NCBI GenBank assembly: GCA_000320545.1
Contig: ADNK01000614.1
Span: 62,001-126,000, forward strand
Reading direction: 5' to 3'
Origin: Bigelowiella natans CCMP2755
Taxonomy: Eukaryota; Protista; Cercozoa
Length of the DNA: 64,000 bases
The notes beneath the pieces are model-generated. The model searched no databases. It had not been told where the DNA came from and worked only from the letters and a program-made list of their open reading frames with translations. How positions within the stretch are numbered: position 1 is the stretch's first letter; each line of letters starts with the position of its first letter. The translations under genes and the position numbers were made by a program. Shown in pieces: positions 54,863-64,000 of the stretch.

Positions 54863-55920
54863 GTGTGTGTGTGTGTAGGTTCGGACTATCTTTTACTCCC
54901 TCTCAGCAGTGCAGCTGCTTTATGTCGGGTTGTCGCCTCTTTCCATCACCGCCTTATGCGATTTATAAACTCACGTTTGTCATCACACGGCCAACACACG
55001 CAAATGTCCATGCTTGTCCGTCGAAGACGCACGTACGTGAGCAACGTGCAAAGGCCTCACCACACGCCTGATCTACTAGGTGCATATCGGCGCTAGCAGT
55101 CACCATCCGCAGCGGCGGGATGAGACGTAAGCTGTGTACATGAGAATGATGATAACTTGACACGCAGTTGATGAATTGTACGATGGTTTGAGATTTTGTC
55201 TGCGTTATTTTAGCACGATTTTTTTTATCATAACGTATATCTTCACTCAATTTCGTATTTCATGAAATGTAAACATCAATGTTGTCGTCGCCATCGTGGC
55301 CGTTCTTAATTATAGTAACTTGTCTTCATCCCCCTTCCCTCCTCCCCCCTCCTCATTCTCTTCCTCGCAGGAGCCCACATCTCTCTGGCCACGATAATGT
55401 TCGTCGCAATATATTACTACAAGATTACAATAAGATGAAAACGAACATGCGTAGACCTACACACACACACACACACGCACACACACACACGCACGCACGC
55501 AAATGGCATAGATACACACGTTTATGGAAGGAAAGATTGAAATAAGCAAAGGGTTAACAGCAGCAGCAGCCCGAAATGGGGTTGTTGTGAGAGACTAAAC
55601 ATTATAGGAGATATGATGATGATGATGATGATAATAGAAGCAAAAGGAACAGAACATATATGTTAATGATTCCACTGACTAACGATACTCTCTCTCACTC
55701 AGGCTGGCTATAACGATTTCTCAATCTATCATTGCAATGCACGCAGCTTCTGGTTGATATTATCCCACTCTTCAATGTTTTAACAACAATCCCAGCTTTT
55801 CCACTTCAACACGGCACCTTTTACATGCGCTACTCTCCTTCCTACTTCCCCATGCGTGATTTCTATATTTTTAACACTTTGGCTCATTTTCCTGCTGTGC
55901 ACGGCGATAAAAATTATATG

Positions 55921-56014
<94 letters not shown>

Positions 56015-56975
56015 ATAATTTTAGCGATGGGTTTGCAGAGGTTTCGATCCTACTTCCTCGACTGGGCTCAGGTAGTAGCACTCATACATGCTTTTGATGG
56101 TGGCGAAAGCAACCAGATACATCACACATTATATTCATCAACTAGGGTATTACAGTACATATTACATTTGTAAGCGTGTGTGTTGAATGGGGGGAAGGAG
56201 GGGGGGAGGTGTACCTATTTTTATACATATGTGCCTGTTTTTGTGTACATGAAAAGGTGTTGCTAGCGTTCCCGACGCACACAGGTCAATCAAGTTTTAG
56301 TCCATGATGTGCAGCACACACGCGCGCACACACAGAGAGGGGGGGGGGGGGGGGGGGGGGGGGGCCCCCCCCCCCCCCAAAATATTGCTTAACATGGATG
56401 GTGAGATGTTGCGGTTTGCAGGTCACCTTGTAAAGCTGGTCGGATCGGACGATACCCCGGATTTAGATGCCCCCAAGTCACTGTGGATATTATGGTTAAT
56501 TGCGCGTCGAAAGTTATTGGAAAAGGGGGGAGGGAGGGGGGGGGGGGAGAGAGGTGACGATAAAAAAGATAATTCCACATTAGCGTCATCATCATCATCA
56601 TCATCATCATCATCGTTGTTTTCAGGTTCTATACTTTACTTATCACCATCTCGTGGTTAAACTGCATGAGATTCTTCCTGCCCTTTCGTGAGAAGAGGAA
56701 TACCATCGTCTCCGTGTAATTGACCAACGAGACTCTCAATTAACCGACTGCCGTGATAGTGATAACGATAAATCTCCCCGTTTTTCATCTCCCTCCTGTT
56801 GTTCTTCGCAGCTACTCTATGGTGCGGGCGTTTGGGATCGTTGTGGTCTGTACCTATACCATTGGAATCGGGTAGTAGCCAGAGAGAAGGAGTCGTTATT
56901 ATGAGAACGAAGAACAGCGTCAAGCTGTTATTACACGGCAATCAAATACTATTTCTGCTGCCACTACTACTGCTC

Positions 56976-57006
<31 letters not shown>

Positions 57007-57391
57007 CATGACAGCAAATGTGATTCAATTGTGACTCGATAACCACCCCCTCTTATGTTCTTTCGCGTGTTAGCTGTGGTGGATTTCTCAGACCATCACA
57101 ACCAACTTATGTTGTGAGTATGTTGTTGTCGTTGTCCTCTTCTTTTTGGGCGATGCCACTCAGGTCTTTCTCGCTGCTGTTCTTCACGATGTTCAGCAAA
57201 AGCGGGGTAGAGAGGTCGGCCTCGCATCCATGCACATGCGTACATCTATGTAAAGTATTCGAAGGCTTTCGAGAAAAAAAATACGAAGACAAGTCTTATT
57301 TATGTGCTGCTGGTGTTCTTCTAAAGACATGTCAATTATGCGTGCTGGCATAACGCATGCACACATACATACATACACACACATATTTATG

Positions 57392-57427
<36 letters not shown>

Positions 57428-57511
57428 GTATATGGTCACCGGGCACACTATCACATCAGGCTCGCAACAGTGGATAAGGTTTTCGTTGAGCTCTACTTCT
57501 TCGCACTCGGG

Positions 57512-57549
<38 letters not shown>

Positions 57550-58354
57550 TGAAGGAAGGAAATCAACTTGAAGCCGCACACCCATCACAGGAACACGTGA
57601 AGTCGCATCCAAACACGGAGAAGGGGAGGGGGGGGGGGGGGCGTTGGAAGTATGCATATGATGAACATTGTAGCAGGATGACACCACACACAAGTTGCGT
57701 ACGCAACGACAAGATCTCTCAGCTGGAGCGCGTGGTCGTCATCGTTGTTCGCTCACCTAACATTTACGCAGATCGATGGAGAACTACGTTGAAATAGTCA
57801 ACGAAATGGACCATGATTTGATCGGGCTGTTCCGCATTATGTACATGCTCTTCACCGCCATTGTCTTCATTGCATTTGGTAATACTTGCTGCAGCTTCGA
57901 CTCGCTACCACCACTAGCACTATTCACTACGTGCAGCTACTGCAAACGACGACAACGACGACGACTACCTACTGTGATGAATCTATTTCTATGTTGTTGT
58001 TGTTGTTGTTGTTGTTGTTGTGCGGATGTATTTTCCGAAGACTGATTATCAACACTCCTTCTTCCTGATGTGAACATCATCTCCAGGAAACTGGTTGATT
58101 GCGTTGATGATCTCCAGCTATGATCGGATGCGTGATAAGGCCGAGGCCATTTCGGAGAAGTGGCGAGCAAGGTCAGTTGAGCTAATCATAGCTCTCTTCC
58201 GTAAATATTTGCGTTTTGTTGGGTTCGTGTTTGTGTATGTCGTTGTGCGTTGTGTTGCGTGGGGGTGACATCGTACGTCAATGTTTATATGCTCTAAAAT
58301 CAGGCAAATTATGATCTACGAAGGCCTCCTACCCCTGCAAAAGCGCAGAGGTGC

Positions 58355-58396
<42 letters not shown>

Positions 58397-59375
58397 ATAT
58401 ATTCTGAATGTGTGTGTGTGTTGTGTAATGTATGGAGAGATAAACGCATGACCCAGAAATCTAATAATCTGATTTTAGGCCAAGGTTTCGTCAACATCGA
58501 CAAAGATGAGCACGAAAAATCGAGGTAATTTGGTCGCTATATGAATTACATATTGGAAATACACTTTCAAGTTTCTCGCCTCCTCCCTCCCCCCCCTCCC
58601 CCCCCTCCCCCCTCCCCTACATACACACACATACGCACAATATATACATATATAAGACATCATCATCGTGGTGGATTGTTCGGAAAAGCAAGTCCCTTGC
58701 AGGTTGCTAAATTCAATATTTATTTATGTAAATAATATATATATATTTATATATATATTCATATATCATATGTTGGTTGAAGAAGATTTCATATACAGTC
58801 GCTCACCCACACAATCACGACATTCTTCTTTCCAAAATTTCCTTTGCTCTTCCCCCCCCCCCCCCCCCCTGCTGTTTATGACTTATGACCACAACCACCG
58901 CCAGATCGAGGTGGAGCGACTACACCATGGTCTAGAAGAGAGAGTTGACACCCTTTACAGAGAGGTTTTACTACTACTGAAGAGATACAAATCGAGAGGC
59001 AGATTGTACCTAAATTACTCAAGGGATTACCTGATAGCGTTGCTGAAGTTTGTCTTATTTTATCCCTTTGGTTGCCCTCTAGGTTGATGAGCTGATGAAG
59101 CTGGCCGGAATATGTACGATGTTAACACCTGTGATTGCTGATTTTGCCCGTGTTTATTTTTGGCTGCGATTTTGCTTTTTCGCCGGTTCACAATGAATCT
59201 TGTTCTCTCAATAACATTCCAAGGCTCTTGTTTGTCTTGCTGGGACTGCTATTTCTATCCTTTTATTTATTTTTGTTCTTCTTATCCGTCAGACAAAGAT
59301 CGTAACAGAGGCGTTGCACAGCAATGGCGGGCTGATGGCCACTTGTCCGCGCTTCAAGGATTCACTCGTACATAA
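48231..59375 (+). CDS. Ankyrin-repeat TRP cation channel (TRPV-like), many small exons
   Basis: Ankyrin motifs LHRAC, GWTPLHFAC, GDTPLHIAA. Pore/S6/TRP helix KVFVELYFFALG|..FRIMYMLFTAIVFIAF|GNWLIALMISSYDRMRDKAEAISEKWRAR|QIMIYE parallels TRPV LELFKFTIG..LNMLIALM..WKLQRA..IL..E. The ends and the middle exons are approximate. Confidence 0.75.
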
Positions 59376-59709
59376 CAGATAATTATAGATTTGTATAGAT
59401 TGTGGTTGCAGCTGCATTTATTAATGGATCACCTCGTATTATACACACGCGCGCGCTGCACACTATGCATGCATGCTTAGCGCGAACACGTTTAAATACA
59501 GTAGTAAATGTGAATGCTATTGAAAGCATTAGCAGTAATCACTTCGTAGCACGAAGCCTGCAGTGTGTAGGTTGGCCACTTGCAAATAGGAGCTCGATCT
59601 GATTACATGCTTGGCGATTCGTTGGTTAACGTTGTTAGCAGACATAGTTATGCGACATAGTAATGCACGGCAGGACGCAATAGCAGATATATTGTACTTT
59701 TACAAACAC

Positions 59710-59789
59710 ACCAACAGATTCAACATTAGCGCTGTAGCCGCTGCATTGCACAGCTACATAAGGATGGCCATTATTGAACAAATTTAATT
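59710..59789 (+). mobile_element. Fragment (~80 bp) of the same retroelement, lacking the extreme 3' tip
   Basis: accaacagattcaacattagcgctgtagccgctgcattgcacagctacataaggatggccatt matches the reverse complement of ~43740-43815. Confidence 0.85.
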
Positions 59790-59940
59790 GATACTTGCGA
59801 GTAAGGAGACATGTTTAGAGTTATGACAGTTGTAGTGCAATTAAAGCATAATGATCACGGTGAGCAGTGGATCTAGAGATATTGATCCAACTATGTATAT
59901 CGGCGCACTAAGTGATGGCCTTTTGGTTGTTTACCATTAT

Positions 59941-61743
59941 TTATTTTTGCTGCTGATGATGATGATGATGATGCTGAGGAGGAGGAGGAGTATGCCGTGT
60001 CGTCGAGCTCGTAATTAGTCTCGCGGATGTCCAATGTCCTGCGAATAATACTGGAAACAATGTTGTGCGGCCCATCGCAGCAGAATAAGCACCAAATGTC
60101 GAATCAGTACCCAACGCTACTATTTCTGCTGGAGACGTCGTCTTGTTTTCAGGCTTATCCGGTGATGATGCCGATGATGGTGGGCAAAGTTTATCATCAA
60201 AACTGCTATCATCTGCGGCAGCACTGAGAGAGGCGATGATAGTTGGCGTTCGGACTTTCATATTAGCGGAGTAAGCGTCGCTTTTCGTGCTGCCTCTGCA
60301 AGCAGCAAACATTCTGTCGTCACATCTCTTATTCGTCTCCCCTCCTGCTGAAACAACCTGGTAGTGGCTATTACTCCCCCAACCGTAGATGTCTCCGGTG
60401 CTCGTTTGTGCGAGTGAATGGCGCGCCCCGGCAGCTATGTCCACTATGATGATATCCTCAGAGAGCTGTGCGGCACTACTGCTGCTGCTGCTACTACTAC
60501 TACTACTATCCCTGCTGCAGGTTCTTTTTACGGGGGGGAATTCCACCAGGGAGGGCAAGAACGTAGCGGATTTGATCTCTTTGCTACCGATCTGGCCGTC
60601 ATCATTGCGCCCACAGCAGTAGACGTCTCCCAGGTCATTCAGGATCATTGAGTGCCAAATTCCAGCGGCTACTCGCACGTTTCTCACGCCGTACAACCCT
60701 CCAAATGCTGAGATCTCCTTGGGGAACCATTGGGTTTCTCTGTCGCCATGGCCAAGGTTTCCGTACAACCCAAGTCCCCACGAGAAAACACGCCCATCTT
60801 CGCTCACAGCAAGGCTGTGCAAGGCCCCGCATGCCGCGTGGCTAATGTTTTTGAGGCCTTTGACTGGCAGCGGGCGTGATAATGACTTGACAGCTTTGGT
60901 GCTGATGCCGCCATCGTTACTGGCTCCTCCATCGCCAACGCCAAGCTGCCCATACTTGTTGCAGCCGACAGCGTAGAGCCTTTTGTCTTCTGCCAGGATC
61001 AGAGTGTGGCGCTCCCCAGCATACACGTCCTCCACCTTAACTCCCAACTTGATCGGCGTCGCAGGTGTCATCACCGGCGAGATGATAGGCACGGTGCTGT
61101 CGATTCCACTCGTTGAGGAAGAAGATAAAGCAGGAGGAGGAGGAGTAGTAGTAGGAGTATTAGCAGCAGTAGTAGTAGTGGTGGTGGTCGTAGTAGTAGT
61201 GGTAGTAGTAGTAGTGCGCGAAGTGTTGTCATCGTTCGTTGAGGGAACAGAGCATTGCTTGTGCTCATTCCAGCCGCTCGCCCAGCACATTTGCGCTCCG
61301 TCTGTCCAGACGCAGTGGTCCCAACCACGAGCGATCGAGCCTTCGCTTGAAACAACCAGGGTTGTCGTTGTCGTTGTCGTTGTCGTCGCCGTCGCCGTCG
61401 CCGCCGCCGCATCACTCGCCATCATCTCGGTGTAGTTTAGGTGACTCAGCTCTCCCTCTCCGTCGAGATACCAAATGCCGAAAAGCCCCAACGCGATCGG
61501 AGGGGCGCGGCGGCGGCGGCGGCGGCGGCCACGTGAGGCCGAGTCCTTACTTGCTCTCTGGTTTACAATAACATCGACAAATGCCTGCATGCCTTCCACG
61601 CCGCTTCCTCTCACATGCATTCGCAGTTGCACCTGCTCATCTCCACTCCTATGCTTACCACCACCGCCGCCGCCGCCATAGCTCACTTTCTGCTCGCTCT
61701 TTTTGCCGCCCCTCAGCCCCACCGCAGCCCCCTCCACGTCCAT
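59941..61743 (-). CDS. RCC1/BLIP-II repeat protein (RCCD1/UVR8-like propeller)
   Basis: Long ORF with repeats AGERHT..YAVGCNKYGQLG, ACGALHS..VFSWGLGLYGNLGHG, AAGIWHS..CGRNDDGQIG, AAGARHS..YGWGSNSHYQ. The start is uncertain. Confidence 0.9.
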   Translation of the reverse strand: MDVEGAAVGLRGGKKSEQKVSYGGGGGGGKHRSGDEQVQLRMHVRGSGVEGMQAFVDVIVNQRASKDSASRGRRRRRRRAPPIALGLFGIWYLDGEGELSHLNYTEMMASDAAAATATATTTTTTTTTLVVSSEGSIARGWDHCVWTDGAQMCWASGWNEHKQCSVPSTNDDNTSRTTTTTTTTTTTTTTTTAANTPTTTPPPPALSSSSTSGIDSTVPIISPVMTPATPIKLGVKVEDVYAGERHTLILAEDKRLYAVGCNKYGQLGVGDGGASNDGGISTKAVKSLSRPLPVKGLKNISHAACGALHSLAVSEDGRVFSWGLGLYGNLGHGDRETQWFPKEISAFGGLYGVRNVRVAAGIWHSMILNDLGDVYCCGRNDDGQIGSKEIKSATFLPSLVEFPPVKRTCSRDSSSSSSSSSSSAAQLSEDIIIVDIAAGARHSLAQTSTGDIYGWGSNSHYQVVSAGGETNKRCDDRMFAACRGSTKSDAYSANMKVRTPTIIASLSAAADDSSFDDKLCPPSSASSPDKPENKTTSPAEIVALGTDSTFGAYSAAMGRTTLFPVLFAGHWTSARLITSSTTRHTPPPPQHHHHHHQQQK

Positions 61744-62028
61744 CACGTGCTCCCCAATTGGCGGCTGTACTTCCGCAGTGGGGACATCACCGGGAAAATA
61801 TCACCCCGCTAAGAGAAAGGAAAGGCACCCCCCTCCTAATACGATCGGCAGCGCTTGTCCCGAAGTAGAGCAGCGAATCGGCAAGGGGAAAAAAAGGCCA
61901 ATCCGCCTGCATTTCTTGCGACGTCGTAGGGTGAAACGTGCCATTTTTAGGTTGTCGCAAGGGCAAAATCCCATCGGATTTTGTCGGGTTTTCTCTCGGC
62001 GACACCTGGAGGCATTCCGAACGAACGA

Positions 62029-63521
62029 ATGGCGGCGGTCACACTGCGCCTACTGGCCTCCTCCAGCACCGCAATTCCTCGTCGCCGGGCCATTCTGCGC
62101 CATGTGCGACGCCTGGTATCATCATCGTGCGCCTCCTCGCACAGGCCTGCTCCTCCGTTATTGGGGAGAGTGTGCTTAGTTCCCCCCTCGCCGGCTATGA
62201 ACCGGGGATGGATCAGGATGGCGTCCACAGATCAGGGTCGCATTGCACTGCATGCCCTCCTTTTCTTTCTATCCGCGCACGAGTCTGTATTCTCCCCTAA
62301 GTATAATGCTGCTGCTCTTATTGGCGTCCATCGATCACTCTTCAGCTACTAATACTGGTACACTTCTTGCAGAAGCAAAAAGCAACCCGACGAAGGAGGA
62401 GCGCTGCGAAACGGAGGAAGAGAAGAAGGAGAGTAATGAAGACACTAGCGGCGAAAGTAGCAATAGCAGCTCAACGGGGGGGGGGGGACAGGGAGAAGAC
62501 ACGGACTCGCCCCCGGCGTGGCACACTGCAATCACTTGTGTAATTTACTTTGGCCTTGGGTACAGCACAACTAACTACACTCCTCCACTAGCAGTAGTTT
62601 TCATATTATGATCTAACACCAGAGGACGCATTCAAACTCAATTACACGCTTAACGATGAGATAATTTATCCTATCATTGTTGTTATCTTATCATCGTCGT
62701 CGTCTTCTTCCTTCCCCCGTCAGGTGGGTTCTCCACGGTGTCGTGAGCTTCATCACGGATATACCGCCGGGTTATTCGACATGATTGTATTTGTAGCTAG
62801 TGGTAGTAGTGCCAAGCGCTATCGAATGAAGCGAAACAACCGCAATCGTGACCCATTCCTCCATATATCTTACGTTTGTATCCACACCACTTACCATCTA
62901 CGCGTAAAATATGTATATATATTTATATCTATGTACTCACATCAATGTTGTCATCACCGTCGCATTCACCGTATCACAGGAGCGTACCTTGCGAAAGAAA
63001 TCGCAGAGAAGAGCCCAAGAATCATCGAAGAGGTACTTCCAAATTGTCTTCTTGTTGCTGTGGAAGAAAGACAGGGGGGAGGGTGAAAAGCAGAGGGTGC
63101 ACTTAGAACCTCTCGATTCTCTCTCTTCTTTTTCCTGTCCCACCCCCTCCCCCCCCCTCTCTATCTCCTCTATATCTTTTCCTCTAAATCTCCTCCCATT
63201 AAACAAACGCTTTCCAATTTTTCCTATCGCTTTTGAACGCACACCAAGATTATGATCATCGTCGCCGTGGTTGATAATAATAATAAAGGTGGGGACTCCT
63301 TTGTCCCTCAGCTACATGTGGAGCGGTAACAGTTCGGAGAACCAGCTGGTGAGTAGTTTGGAAGTGAGAGGAGGGGGCTAGCACTGCAAATGAAATTAAT
63401 GCGCAACCGCAACCGCAACAATCCATGCCAAGCGACGTAGCTACTGAAGATAGTAGTCGCAGTTGGAGGAGTTGTTGGTGGTGGTGTCGTCCCTTGTCTT
63501 TTAGGAGTTCTCCGTGCGATG

Positions 63522-63563
<42 letters not shown>

Positions 63564-64000
63564 TATGCTCCACATCATCTTACTCTTCTCCACCGCCATC
63601 TTTCCTCCAACGCTGGCAGTAATGTCTCCTCTCATAATACACGTCATATCGTTGCATCCTCGGTGTACTTTTAGGTTGCGAACTTTCCTGTTAAAGGGCC
63701 AAAGGGGAAGGTGACACATGCACGCATCGCACACAAGTGCATATGATCTTACAGGGCGAGTCAATGCTGCCATTGTTCTTCCTCGTGGTTACTGATACCC
63801 CACCCCCCCACCCCCTTACTATCACTGCCTCACAGGCCACGCTAGTTGTCAGAGCTGTGCGGGTGGAGGAAGGATGGAAGGTGAGCGACAGCTTTGGTTC
63901 TCACCTTTTTTGCTAAGAGTGTTTTCAAGCGATAAGATAATATGGAAGAGGGGATGAATATAACGACTATGCAAGAGCGAGTGCCAAACAAATCTGATAA
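62029..64000 (+). CDS. Putative mitochondrial single-TM protein, Coa1/Tim21-like; runs off the window
   Basis: Arg/Ser-rich presequence MAAVTLRLLASSSTAIPRRRAILRHVRRL; TM HTAITCVIYFGLG|WVLHGVVSFI; exons VANFPVKGPKGK|ATLVVRAVRVEEGWK resemble the Coa1 pattern IPVSGPKGKGTL.V.A.R....W. Confidence 0.55.

Larger units (their letters stand above)
150..63560. repeat. Very dense microsatellites ((AG)n, (AC)n, (AT)n, (ATC)n, (TAG)n, (GGA)n, (CAG)n, G/C runs), mostly intronic
   Basis: Directly visible, e.g. 880-967, 3083-3122, 22420-22505, 30498-30571, 52574-52660, 55924-56013. Confidence 0.98.

Noticed and set aside
61947-62228. Minus-strand ORF as a first exon of the RCC1 gene
   Set aside because: It overlaps the more convincing plus-strand mitochondrial presequence exon, and no clear in-frame splice path was found.
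25-63773. Numerous 60-150 aa ORFs with poly-H, poly-ER, poly-CV, poly-YI or poly-V runs
   Set aside because: These are translations of intronic microsatellites or antisense frames of real exons.

Overview
Intron-rich eukaryotic nuclear DNA, not prokaryotic. Introns are canonical GT-AG and heavily loaded with microsatellites, so most short ORFs in the track are repeat artefacts. A signal+transit-like leader on RlmN suggests an alga with a secondary plastid, possibly a chlorarachniophyte (inference only). Hand-splicing gives 14 protein genes: OST3/OST6(-), DUF1810(+), RlmN(-), novel His-motif membrane protein(+), DnaJ with SH3-like repeats(-), GT8-like glycosyltransferase(+), GH3 beta-xylosidase(-), ~2000-aa secreted coiled-coil protein(+), RPAP3-like TPR(-), SAM/HIRAN-like(+), CAMK kinase(-), ankyrin TRPV-like channel(+), RCC1-repeat(-), Coa1/Tim21-like(+). 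The most striking signal is architectural. All 14 genes alternate strand, forming 7 head-to-head pairs. Every divergent spacer carries a TRCGACA motif, and one carries a 94-bp-arm inverted repeat. The convergent spacers have a distinct TGCA/CATG/CTAG-rich composition and hold all five fragments of one non-LTR retroelement family. One fragment has a 10-bp TSD; another is a ~12-nt tip inside an 85-bp duplication. No rRNA, tRNA or CRISPR was seen. Exon boundaries and motif counts are manual and approximate.
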